A stretch of DNA of 64,000 bases from contig JBHGNT010000023.1 of assembly GCA_043228905.1 (NCBI GenBank), forward strand, positions 310,001 to 374,000. The letters run 5' to 3'. Under the pieces are notes generated by a model. It had not been told where the DNA came from and searched no databases. It was given only the letters and a program-made list of their open reading frames with translations. This document shows, in pieces, positions 22,690 through 36,500 of the stretch. Each line of letters begins with the position of its first letter. Within the stretch, counting starts at the first letter, position 1. Both the position numbers and the translations under genes were made by a program. Source of the DNA: Azolla caroliniana (taxonomy: Eukaryota > Plantae > Polypodiophyta).

Positions 22690-24470
22690 TGGCTCGTGTG
22701 ATCCCGGGATTTTGTGTTCAAAGATGCGAATCGAAGCTACCAACACTAGCTATGATATGGAATTAAAAAATCAAGATTTTGAAACTCAGGTCGAGAGACA
22801 TGAAGAAATTAGTAAAGTAGGGGAGGGAGTTGACAAGAGCGCGAGAGTAAATTAAAATGTTCATAGCTGGCTCGTGTGATATCGGATTTTAGTGTTCATA
22901 GATGCGAATCGAAGTAAACAACACTACGTATGATATGGAATGAAAAAATCAAGATTTTGAAACTCAGGTCGAGAGACATGAAGAAATTAGTAAATTAGGG
23001 GAGGGAGTTGATAAGAGCGCGTGAGTAAATTAAAATGTTCATACTTGGCTCGTGTGATCCCGAGATTTTGGGTTCAAAGATGCGAATGGAAGCTAACAAC
23101 ACTAGCTATGATATGGAATTAAAAAATCAAGATTTTGAAACTCAGGTCGAGAGACATGAAGAAGTTAGTAAATTAGGGGAGGGTGTTGACAAGAGCGCGT
23201 GAGTAAATTAAAATGTTCATACCTGGCTCGTGTGATCCCGGATTTTTGTGTTCAAAGATGCCAATCGAAGCTAACAACACTAGTTATGATATGGCATTAA
23301 AAAATCAAGATTTTGAGACTCAGGTTGAGAGACATGAAGAAATTAGTAAATAAGGGAGGGAGTTGACAAGAGCGCGAGAGTAAATTAAAATGTTCATACC
23401 TGGCTCGTGTGATCCCGGAAATTTGTGTTCAAAGATGCGAATCGAAGCTAACAACACTAGCTATGATATGGAATTAAAAAATCAAGATTTTGAAACTCAG
23501 GTCGAGAGACATGAAGAAGTTAGTAAATTAGGGGAGGGTGTTGACAAGAGCGCGTGAGTAAATTAAAATGGTCATACTTGGCTCGTGTGATCCCGGGATT
23601 TTGTGTTCAAAGATGCGAATCGAAGCTACCAACACTAGCTATGATATGGAATTAAAAAATCAAGATTTTGAAACTCAGGTCGAGAGACATGAAGAAATTA
23701 GTAAAGTAGGGGAGGGAGTTGACAAGAGCGCGAGAGTAAATTAAAATGTTCATAGCTGGCTCGTGTGATATCGGATTTTAGTGTTCATAGATGCGAATCG
23801 AAGTAAACAACACTACGTATGATATGGAATGAAAAAATCAAGATTTTGAAACTCAGGTCGAGAGACATGAAGAAATTAGTAAATTAGGGGAGGGAGTTGA
23901 TAAGAGCGCGTGAGTAAATTAAAATGTTCATACTTGGCTCGTGTGATCCCGAGATTTTGGGTTCAAAGATGCGAATGGAAGCTAACAACACTAGCTATGA
24001 TATGGAATTAAAAAATCAAGATTTTGAAACTCAGGTCGAGAGACATGAAGAAGTTAGTAAATTAGGGGAGGGTGTTGACAAGAGCGCGTGAGTAAATTAA
24101 AATGTTCATACCTGGCTCGTGTGATCCCGGATTTTTGTGTTCAAAGATGCCAATCGAAGCTAACAACACTAGTTATGATATGGCATTAAAAAATCAAGAT
24201 TTTGAGACTCAGGTTGAGAGACATGAAGAAATTAGTAAATAAGGGAGGGAGTTGACAAGAGCGCGAGAGTAAATTAAAATGTTCATACCTGGCTCGTGTG
24301 ATCCCGGAAATTTGTGTTCAAAGATGCGAATCGAAGCTAACAACACTAGCTATGATATGGAATTAAAAAATCAAGATTTTGAAACTCAGGTCGAGAGACA
24401 TGAAGAAGTTAGTAAATTAGGGGAGGGTGTTGACAAGAGCGCGTGAGTAAATTAAAATGTTCATACCTGG
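22690..24470. repeat. 5-monomer (889 bp) tandem duplication, 2 copies
   Basis: TCGAAGCTACCAAC at 22731 and 23620; TGGCATT at 23292 and 24181; offset 889 = 5x178-1 (AAATAAGGG 177-bp monomer). Confidence 0.85.
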
Positions 24471-25079
24471 CTCGTGTGATCCCGGATTTTTGTGTTCAAA
24501 GATGCCAATCGAAGCTAACAACACTAGTTATGATTTGAAATTAAAAAATCAAGATTTTGAAACTCAGGTCGAGAGACGTGAAGAAATTAGTAAATTAGGG
24601 GAGGGAGTTGACAAGAGCGCGAGAGTAAATTAAAATGTTCATAGCTGGCTCGTGTGATATCGGATTTTATTGTTCATAGATGGGAATCGAAGCAAACAAC
24701 ACTACGTATGATATGGAATGAAAAAATCAAGATTTTGAAACTCAGGTCGAGAGACATGAATAAATTAGTAAATTAGAGGAGGGAGCTAAGAAGAGCGCGT
24801 GAGTAAATTAAAATGTTCATAGCTGGCTCGTGTGATATCGGATTTTAGTGTTCAAACATGCAAATCGAAGCTAACAACACTAGCTATGATATGGAATTAA
24901 AAAATCAAGATTTTGAAACTTGGGTCGAGAGACATCAAGAAATTAGTAAATTACATGAGGGAGTTGAGAAGAGCGCGTGAGTAAATTAAAATGTTCATAG
25001 CTGGCTCGTGTGATATCGGATTTTAGTGTTCAAACATGCGAATCGAAGCTAACAACACTAGCTATGATATGGAATTAAA

Positions 25080-27580
25080 AAATCAAGATTTTGAAACTTG
25101 GGTCGAGAGACATCAAGAAATTAGTAAATTACATGAGGGAGTTGAGAAGAGCGCGTGAGTAAATTAAAATGTTCATAGCTGGCTCGTGTGATATCGGATT
25201 TTAGTGTTCAAACATGCGAATTAAAGCTAACAACACTAGCTATGATAAGGAATTAAAAAATCAAGATTTTGAAACTTGGGTCGAGAGACATCAAGAAATT
25301 AGTAAATTACATGAGGGAGTTGAGAAGAGCGCGTGAGTAAATTAAAATGTTCATAGCTGGCTCGTGTGATATCGGATTTTAGTGTTCAAACATACGAATC
25401 AAAGCTAACAACACTAGCTATGATAAGGAATTAAAAAATCAAGATTTTGAAACTTCGGTCGAGAGACATGAAGATAATAGTAAAGTAGGGGAGGGAGTTG
25501 AGGAGAGCGCGTGAGTAAATTAAAATGTTCATAGCTGGCTCGTGTGATCCCGGGATTTTGTGTTCAAAGATGCGAATCGAAGCTAACAACACTAACTATG
25601 ACATGGAATTGAAAAATCAAGATTTTGAAACTTGGGTCGAGAGATATCAAGAAATTAGTAAATTACATGAGGGAGTTGAGAAGAGCGCGTGAGTAAATTA
25701 AAATGTTCATAGCTGGCTCGTGTGATATCGGATTTTAGTGTTCAAACATGCGAATCGAAGCTAACAACACTAGCTATGATATGGAATTAAAAAATCAAGA
25801 TTTTGAAACTTGGGTCGAGAGACATCAAGAAATTAGTAAATTACATGAGGGAGTTGAGAAGAGCGCGTGAGTAAATTAAAATGTTCATAGCTGGCTCGTG
25901 TGATATCGGATTTTAGTGTTCAAACATGCGAATCAAAGCTAACAACACTAGCTATGATAAGGAATTAAAAAATCAAGATTTTGAAACTTGGGTCGAGAGA
26001 CATCAGGAAATTAGTAAATTACATGAGGGAGTTGAGAAGAGCGCGTGAGTAAATTAAAATGTTCATAGCTGGCTCGTGTGATATCGGATTTTAGTGTTCA
26101 AACATTCGAATCAAAGCTAACAACACTAGCTATGATAAGGAATGAGAAAATCAAGATTTTGAAACTCAGGTCGAGAGACATGAAGATATTAGTAAATTAG
26201 AGGAGGGAGTTGAGAAGAGCGCGTGAGTAAATTAAAATGTTCATAGCTGGCTCGTGTGATATCGGATTTTAGTGTTCAAACATGAGAATCGAAGCTAACA
26301 ACACTAGCTATGATATGGAATTAAAAAATCAAGATTTTGAAACTTGGGTCGAGAGACATCAAGAAATTAGTAAATTACATGAGGGAGTTGAGAAGAGCGC
26401 GTGAGTAAATTAAAATGTTCATAGCTGGCTCGTGTGATATCGGATTTTAGTGTTCAAACATGCGAATTAAAGCTAACAACACTAGCTATGATAAGGAATT
26501 AAAAAATCAAGATTTTGAAACTTCGGTCGAGAGACATCAAGAAATTAGTAAATTACATGAGGGAGTTGAGAAGAGCGCGTGAGTAAATTAAAATGTTCAT
26601 AGCTGGCTCGTGTGATATCGGATTTTAGTGTTCAAACATACGAATCAAAGCTAACAACACTAGCTATGATAAGGAATTAAAAAATCAAGATTTTGAAACT
26701 TCGGTCGAGAGTCATGAAGATATTAGTAAAGTAGGGGAGGGAGTTGAGGAGAGCGCGTGAATAATTAAAATGTTCATAGCTGGCTCGTGTGATCCCGGGA
26801 TTTTGTGTTCAAAGATGCGAATCGAAGCTAACAACACTAACTATGACATGGAATTGAAAAATCAAGATTTTGAAACTTGCGTCGAGAGATATCAAGAAAT
26901 TAGTAAATTACATCAGGGAGTTGAGAAGAGCGCGTGAGTAAATTAAAATGTTCATAGCTGGCTCGTGTGATATCGGATTTTAGTGTTCAAACATGCGAAT
27001 CGAAGCTAACAACACTAGCTATGATATGGAATTAAAAAATCAAGATTTTGAAACTTGGGTCGAGAGACATCAAGAAATTAGTAAATTACATGAGGGAGTT
27101 GAGAAGAGCGCGTGAGTAAATTAAAATGTTCATAGCTGGCTCGTGTGATATCGGATTTTAGTGTTCAAACATGCGAATCAAAGCTAACAACACTAGCTAT
27201 GATAAGGAATTAAAAAATCAAGATTTTGAAACTTGGGTCGAGAGACATCAGGAAATTAGTAAATTACATGAGGGAGTTGAGAAGAGCGCGTGAGTAAATT
27301 AAAATGTTCATAGCTGGCTCGTGTGATATCGGATTTTAGTGTTCAAACATTCGAATCAAAGCTAACAACACTAGCTATGATAAGGAATGAGAAAATCAAG
27401 ATTTTGAAACTCAGGTCGAGAGACATGAAGATATTAGTAAATTAGAGGAGGGAGTTGAGAAGAGCGCGTGAGTAAATTAAAATGTTCATAGCTGGCTCGT
27501 GTGATATCGGATTTTAGTGTTCAAACATGAGAATCGAAGCTAACAACACTAGCTATGATATGGAATTAAAAAATCAAGAT
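25080..27580. repeat. Second 7-monomer duplication (1245-1246 bp), 2 copies
   Basis: CATGAGAATC at 26281 and 27526 (offset 1245); the CTTCGGTC..AAAGTAGGGG..GAGGAGAGC monomer at about 25453 and 26699 (offset 1246). Confidence 0.8.
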
Positions 27581-30500
27581 TTTGAAACTAAGGTCGAAAG
27601 ACATCAAGAAATTAGTAAATTAGAGGAGGGAGCTAAGAAGAGCGCGTGAGTAAATTAAAATGTTCATAGCTGGCTCGTGTGATATCGGATTTTAGTGTTC
27701 AAAGATGCGAATCGAAACTAACAACACGAGCTATGATATGGAATGAAAAAATCAAGATTTTGAAACTCAGGTCGAGAGACATGAAGAAATTAGTAAATTA
27801 TAGGAGGGGGTTGAGAAGAGCACGTGAGTAAATAAAATGTTCATAGCTGGCTCGTGTGATCCCGGATTTTTATGTTCAAAGATGCGAATCGAAGCTAACA
27901 ACACTACGTATTATATGGAATGAAAAAACCAAGATTTTGAAACTCAGGTCGAGAGACATGAAGAAATTAGTAAATTAGGGGAGGGAGTTGACAAGAGCGC
28001 GAGAGTAAATTAAAATGTTCATACCTGGCTCGTGTGATCCCGGATTTTTGTGTTCAAAGATGCCAATCGAAGCTAACAACACTAGCTATGATATGGAATT
28101 AGAAAATCAAGATTTTGAAACTTGGGTCGAGAGACATCAAGAAATTAGTAAATTACATGAGGGAGTTGAGAAGAGCGCGTGAGTAAATTAAAATGTTCAT
28201 AGCTGGCTCGTGTGATATCGGATTTTAGTGTTCAAACATGCGAATCGAAGCTAACAACACTAGCTATGATATGGAATTAAAAAATCAAGATTTTGAAACT
28301 TGGGTCGAGAGACATCAAGAAATTAGTAAATTACATGAGGGAGTTGAGAAGAGCGCGTGAGTAAATTAAAATGTTCATAGCTGGCTCGTGTGATATCGGA
28401 TTTTAGTGTTCAAACATGCGAATTAAAGCTAACAACACTAGCTATGATAAGGAATTAAAAAATCAAGATTTTGAAACTTGGGTCGAGAGACATCAAGAAA
28501 TTAGTAAATTACATGAGGGAGTTGAGAAGAGCGCGTGAGTAAATTAAAATGTTCATAGCTGGCTCGTGTGATATCGGATTTTAGTGTTCAAACATTCGAA
28601 TCAAAGCTAACAACACTAGCTATGATAAGGAATGAGAAAATCAAGATTTTGAAACTCAGGTCGAGAGACATGAAGATATTAGTAAATTAGAGGAGGGAGT
28701 TGAGAAGAGCGCGTGAGTAAATTAAAATGTTCATAGCTGGCTCATGTGATCGCGGATTTTTATGTTCAAAGATGTGAATCGAAGCTAACAACACTACGTA
28801 TGATATGGAATTAAAAAATCAAGATTTTGAAACTAAGGTCGAAAGACATCAAGAAATTAGTAAATTAGAGGAGGGAGCTAAGAAGAGCGCGTGAGTAAAT
28901 TAAAATGTTCATAGCTGGCTCGTGTGATATCGGATTTTAGTGTTCAAAGATGCGAATCGAAACTAACAACACGAGCTATCATATGGAATGAAAAAATCAA
29001 GATTTTGAAACTCAGGTCGAGAGACATGAAGAAATTAGTAAATTAGAGGAGGGGGTTGAGAAGAGCACGTGAGTAAATAAAATGTTCATAGCTGGCTCGT
29101 GTGATCCCGGATTTTTATGTTCAAAGATGCGAATCGAAGCTAAGAACACTACGTATTATATGGAATGAAAAAACCAAGATTTTGAAACTCAGGTCGAGAG
29201 ACATGAAGAAATTAGTAAATTAGGGGAGGGAGTTGATAAGAGCGCGTGAGTAAATTAAAATGGTCATACTTGGCTCGTGTGATCCCGGGATTTTGTGTTC
29301 AAAGATGCGAATCGAAGCTAACAACACTAGCTATGATATGGAATTAAAAAATCAAGATTTTGAAACTCAGGTCGAGAGACATGAAGAAGTTAGTAAATTA
29401 GGGGAGGGTGTTGACAAGAGCGCGTGAGTAAATTAAAATGTTCATAGCTGGCTCGTGTGATATCGGATTTTAGTGTTCAAACATGCGAATCGAAGCTAAC
29501 AACACTAGCTATGATATGGAATTAAAAAATCAAGATTTTGAAACTTGGGTCGAGAGACATCAAGAAATTAGTAAATTACATGAGGGAGTTGAGAAGAGCG
29601 CGTGAGTAAATTAAAATGTTCATAGCTGGCTCGTGTGATATCGGATTTTAGTGTTCAAACATGCGAATCGAAGCTAACAACACTAGCTATGAAATGGAAT
29701 TAAAAAATCAAGATTTTGAAACTTGGGTCGAGAGACATCAAGAAATTAGTAAATTACATGAGGGAGTTGAGAAGAGCGCGTGAGTAAATTAAAATGTTCA
29801 TAGCTGGCTCGTGTGATATCGGATTTTAGTGTTCAAACATGCGAATTAAAGCTAACAACACTAGCTATGATAAGGAATTAAAAAATCAAGATTTTGAAAC
29901 TTGGGTCGAGAGACATCAAGAAATTAGTAAATTACATGAGGGAGTTGAGAAGAGCGCGTGAGTAAATTAAAATGTTCATAGCTGGCTCGTGTGATATCGG
30001 ATTTTAATGTTCAAACATGCGAATCAAAGCTAACAACACTAGCTATGATAAGGAATTAAAAAATCAAGATTTTGAATCTTCGGTCGAGAGACATGAAGAT
30101 ATTAGTAAAGTAGGGGAGGGAGTTGAGGAGAGCGCGTGAGTAAATTAAAATGTTCATAGCTGGCTCGTGTGATCCCGGGATTTTGTGTTCAAAGATGCGA
30201 ATCGAAGCTAACAACACTAACTATGACATGGAATTGAAAAATCAAGATTTTGAAACTTGGGTCGAGAGATATCAAGAAATTAGTAAATTACATCAGGGAG
30301 TTGAGAAGAGCGCGTGAGTAAATTAAAATGTTCATAGCTGGCTCGTGTGATATCGGATTTTAGTGTTCAAACATGCGAATCGAAGCTAACAACACTAGCT
30401 ATGATATGGAATTAAAAAATCAAGATTTTGAAACTTGGGTCGAGAGACATCAAGAAATTAGTAAATTACATGAGGGAGTTGAGAAGAGCGCGTGAGTAAA

Positions 30501-33500
30501 TTAAAATGTTCATAGCTGGCTCGTGTGATATCGGATTTTAGTGTTCAAACATGCGAATCAAAGCTAACAACACTAGCTATGATAAGGAATTAAAAAATCA
30601 AGATTTTGAAACTTGGGTCGAGAGACATCAGGAAATTAGTAAATTACATGAGGGAGTTGAGAAGAGCGCGTGAGTAAATTAAAATGTTCATAGCTGGCTC
30701 GTGTGATATCGGATTTTAGTGTTCAAACATTCGAATCAAAGCTAACAACACTAGCTATGATAAGGAATGAGAAAATCAAGATTTTGAAACTCAGGTCGAG
30801 AGACATGAAGATATTAGTAAATTAGAGGAGGGAGTTGAGAAGAGCGCGTGAGTAAATTAAAATGTTCATAGCTGGCTCGTGTGATCCCGGATTTTTATGT
30901 TCAAAGATGTGAATCGAAGCTAACAACACTACGTATGATATGGAATTAAAAAATCAAGATTTTGAAACTAAGGTCGAAAGACATCAAGAAATTAGTAAAT
31001 TAGAGGAGGGAGCTAAGAAGAGCGCGTGAGTAAATTAAAATGTTCATAGCTGGCTCGTGTGATATCGGATTTTAGTGTTCAAAGATGCGAATCGAAACTA
31101 ACAACACGAGCTATGATATGGAATGAAAAAATCAAGATTTTGAAACTCAGGTCGAGAGACATGAAGAAATTAGTAAATTAGAGGAGGGGGTTGAGAAGAG
31201 CACGTGAGTAAATAAAATGTTCATAGCTGGCTCGTGTGATCCCGGATTTTTATGTTCAAAGATGCGAATCGAAGCTAAGAACACTACGTATTATATGGAA
31301 TGAAAAAACCAAGATTTTGAAACTCAGGTCGAGAGACATGAAGAAATTAGTAAATTAGGGGAGGGAGTTGATAAGAGCGCGTGAGTAAATTAAAATGGTC
31401 ATACTTGGCTCGTGTGATCCCGGGATTTTGTGTTCAAAGATGCCAATCGAAGCTAACAACCCTAGTTATGATATGGAATTAAAAAATCAAGATTTTGAAA
31501 CTCACGTCGAGAGACATGAAGAAATTAGTAAATTAGGGGAGGGAGTTGACAAGAGCGCGAGAGTAAATTAAAATGTTCATACCTGGCTCGTGTGATCCCG
31601 GATTTTTGTGTTCAAAGATGCCAATCGAAGCTAACAACACTAGTTATGATATGGAATTAAAAAATCAAGATTTTGAGACTCAAGTCGAGAGACATGAAGA
31701 AATTAGTAAATAAGGGAGGGAGTTGACAAGAGCGCGAGAGTAAATTAAAATGTTCATACCTGGCTCGTGTGATCCCGGAAATTTGTGTTCAAAGATGCGA
31801 ATCGAAGCTAACAACACTAGCTATGATATGGAATTAAAAAATCAAGATTTTGAAACTCAGGTCGAGAGACATGAAGAAGTTAGTAAATTAGGGGAGGGTG
31901 TTGACAAGAGCGCGTGAGTAAATTAAAATGTTCATACCTGGCTCGTGTGATCCCGGATTTTTGTGTTCAAAGATGCCAATCGAAGCTAACAACACTAGTT
32001 ATGATTTGAAATTAAAAAATCAAGATTTTGAAACTCAGGTCGAGAGACGTGAAGAAATTAGTAAATTAGGGGAGGGAGTTGACAAGAGCGCGAGAGTAAA
32101 TTAAAATGTTCATAGCTGGCTCGTGTGATATCGGATTTTATTGTTCATAGATGGGAATCGAAGCAAACAACACTACGTATGATATGGAATGAAAAAATCA
32201 AGATTTTGAAACTCAGGTCGAGAGACATGAATAAATTAGTAAATTAGAGGAGGGAGCTAAGAAGAGCGCGTGAGTAAATTAAAATGTTCATAGCTGGCTC
32301 GTGTGATATCGGATTTTAGTGTTCAAACATGCGAATCGAAGCTAACAACACTAGCTATGATATGGAATTAAAAAATCAAGATTTTGAAACTTGGGTCGAG
32401 AGACATCAAGCAATTAGTAAATTACATGAGGGAGTTGAGAAGAGCGCGTGAGTAAATTAAAATGTTCATAGCTGGCTCGTGTGATATCGGATTTTAGTGT
32501 TCAAACATGCGAATCGAAGCTAACAACACTAGCTATGATATGGAATTAAAAAATCAAGATTTTGAAACTTGGGTCGAGAGACATCAAGAAATTAGTAAAT
32601 TACATGAGGGAGTTGAGAAGAGCGCGTGAGTAAATTAAAATGTTCATAGCTGGCTCGTGTGATATCGGATTTTAGTGTTCAAACATGCGAATTAAAGCTA
32701 ACAACACTAGCTATGATAAGGAATTAAAAAATCAAGATTTTGAAACTTGGGTCGAGAGACATCAAGAAATTAGTAAATTACATGAGGGAGTTGAGAAGAG
32801 CGCGTGAGTAAATTAAAATGTTCATAGCTGGCTCGTGTGATATCGGATTTTAATGTTCAAACATGCGAATCAAAGCTAACAACACTAGCTATGATAAGGA
32901 ATTAAAAAATCAAGATTTTGAAACTTCGGTCGAGAGACATGAAGATATTAGTAAAGTAGGGGAGGGAGTTGAGGAGAGCGCGTGAGTAAATTAAAATGTT
33001 CATAGCTGGCTCGTGTGATCCCGGGATTTTGTGTTCAAAGATGCGAATCGAAGCTAACAACACTAACTATGACATGGAATTGAAAAATCAAGATTTTGAA
33101 ACTTGGGTCGAGAGATATCAAGAAATTAGTAAATTACATCAGGGAGTTGAGAAGAGCGCGTGAGTAAATTAAAATGTTCATAGCTGGCTCGTGTGATATC
33201 GGATTTTAGTGTTCAAACATGCGAATCGAAGCTAACAACACTAGCTATGAAATGGAATTAAAAAATCAAGATTTTGAAACTTGGGTCGAGAGACATCAAG
33301 AAATTAGTAAATTACATGAGGGAGTTGAGAACAGCGCGTGAGTAAATTAAAATGTTCATAGCTGGCTCGTGTGATCCCGGGATTTTGTGTTCAAACATGC
33401 GAATCAAAGCTAACAACACTAGCTATGATAAGGAATTAAAAAATCAAGATTTTGAAACTTCGGTCGAGAGACATGAAGATATTAGTAAAGTAGGGGAGGG

Positions 33501-36500
33501 AGTTGAGGAGAGCGCGTGAGTAAATTAAAATGTTCATAGCTGGCTCGTGTGATCCCGGGATTTTGTGTTCAAAGATGCGAATCGAAGCTAACAACACTAG
33601 CTAGGATATGGAATGAAAAAACCAAGATTTTGAAACTCAGGTCGAGAGACATGAAGAAATTAGTAAATTAGGGGAGGGAGTTGATAAGAGCGCGTGAGTA
33701 AATTAAAATGGTCATACTTGGCTCGTGTGATCCCGGGATTTTGTGTTCAAAGATGCCAATCGAAGCTAACAACACTAGTTATGATATGGAATTAAAAAAT
33801 CAAGATTTTGAAACTCACGTCGAGAGACATGAAGAAATTAGTAAATTAGGGGAGGGAGTTGACAAGAGCGCGTGAGTAAATTAAAATGTTCATAGCTGGC
33901 TCGTGTGATATCGGATTTTAGTGTTCAAACATGCGAATCAAAGCTAACAACACTAGCTATGATAAGGAATTAAAAAATCAAGATTTTGAAACTTGGGTCG
34001 AGAGACATCAGGAAATTAGTAAATTACATGAGGGAGTTGAGAAGAGCGCGTGAGTAAATTAAAATGTTCATAGCTGGCTCGTGTGATATCGGATTTTAGT
34101 GTTCAAACATTCGAATCAAAGCTAACAACACTAGCTATGATAAGGAATGAGAAAATCAAGATTTTGAAACTCAGGTCGAGAGACATGAAGATATTAGTAA
34201 ATTAGAGGAGGGAGTTGAGAAGAGCGCGTGAGTAAATTAAAATGTTCATAGCTGGCTCGTGTGATCCCGGATTTTTATGTTCAAAGATGTGAATCGAAGC
34301 TAACAACACTACGTATGATATGGAATTAAAAAATCAAGATTTTGAAACTAAGGTCGAAAGACATCAAGAAATTAGTAAATTAGAGGAGGGAGCTAAGAAG
34401 AGCGCGTGAGTAAATTAAAATGTTCATAGCTGGCTCGTGTGATATCGGATTTTAGTGTTCAAAGATGCGAATCGAAACTAACAACACGAGCTATGATATG
34501 GAATGAAAAAATCAAGATTTTGAAACTCAGGTCGAGAGACATGAAGAAATTAGTAAATTAGAGGAGGGGGTTGAGAAGAGCACGTGAGTAAATAAAATGT
34601 TCATAGCTGGCTCATGTGATCCCGGATTTTTATGTTCAAAGATGCGAATCGAAGCTAAGAACACTACGTATTATATGGAATGAAAAAACCAAGATTTTGA
34701 AACTCAGGTCGAGAGACATGAAGAAATTAGTAAATTAGGGGAGGGAGTTGATAAGAGCGCGTGAGTAAATTAAAATGGTCATACTTGGCTCGTGTGATCC
34801 CGGAAATTTGTGTTCAAAGATGCGAATCGAAGCTAACAACACTAGCTATGATATGGAATTAAAAAATCAAGATTTTGAAACTCAGGTCGAGAGACATGAA
34901 GAAGTTAGTAAATTAGGGCAGGGTGTTGACAAGAGCGCGTGAGTAAATTAAAATGTTCATACCTGGCTCGTGTGATCCCGGATTTTTGTGTTCAAAGATG
35001 CCAATCGAAGCTAACAACACTAGTTATGATATGGAATTAAAAAATCAAGATTTTGAAACTCAGGTCGAGAGACGTGAAGAAATTAGTAAATTAGGGGAGG
35101 GAGTTGACAAGAGCGCGAGAGTAAATTAAAATGTTCATAGCTGGCTCGTGTGATATCGGATTTTATTGTTCATAGATGGGAATCGAAGCAAACAACACTA
35201 CGTATGATATGGAATGAAAAAATCAAGATTTTGAAACTCAGGTCGAGAGACATGAAGAAATTAGTAAATTAGGGGAGGGACTTGATAAGAGCGCGTGAGT
35301 AAATTAAAATGTTCATACTTGGCTCGTGTGATCCCGGGATTTTGTGTTCAAAGATGCGAATCGAAGCTAACAACACTAGCTATGATATGGAATTAAAAAA
35401 TCAAGATTTTGAAACTCAGGTCGAGAGACATGAAGAAATTAGTAAAGTAGGGGAGGGAGTTGACAAGAGCGCGAGAGTAAATTAAAATGTTCATAGCTGG
35501 CTCGTGTGATATCGGATTTTAGTGTTCATAGATGCGAATCGAAGTAAACAACACTACGTATGATATGGAATGAAAAAATCAAGATTTTGAAACTCAGGTC
35601 GAGAGACATGAAGAAATTAGTAAATTAGGGGAGGGAGTTGATAAGAGCGCGTGAGTAAATTAAAATGTTCATACTTGGCTCGTGTGATCCCGGGATTTTG
35701 TGTTCAAAGATGCGAATGGAAGCTAACAACACTAGCTATGATATGGAATTAAAAAATCAAGATTTTGAAACTCAGGTCGAGAGACATGAAGAAGTTAGTA
35801 AATTAGGGGAGGGTGTTGACAAGAGCGCGTGAGTAAATTAAAATGTTCATACCTGGCTCGTGTGATCCCGGATTTTTGTGTTCAAAGATGCCAATCGAAG
35901 CTAACAACACTAGTTATGATATGGAATTAAAAAATCAAGATTTTGAGACTCAAGTCGAGAGACATGAAGAAATTAGTAAATAAGGGAGGGAGTTGACAAG
36001 AGCGCGAGAGTAAATTAAAATGTTCATACCTGGCTCGTGTGATCCCGGAAATTTGTGTTCAAAGATGCGAATCGAAGCTAACAACACTAGCTATGATATG
36101 GAATTAAAAAATCAAGATTTTGAAACTCAGGTCGAGAGACATGAAGAAGTTAGTAAATTAGGGGAGGGTGTTGACAAGAGCGCGTGAGTAAATTAAAATG
36201 TTCATACCTGGCTCGTGTGATCCCGGATTTTTGTGTTCAAAGATGCCAATCGAAGCTAACAACACTAGTTATGATTTGAAATTAAAAAATCAAGATTTTG
36301 AAACTCAGGTCGAGAGACGTGAAGAAATTAGTAAATTAGGGGAGGGAGTTGACAAGAGCGCGAGAGTAAATTAAAATGTTCATAGCTGGCTCGTGTGATA
36401 TCGGATTTTATTGTTCATAGATGGGAATCGAAGCAAACAACACTACGTATGATATGGAATGAAAAAATCAAGATTTTGAAACTCAGGTCGAGAGACATGA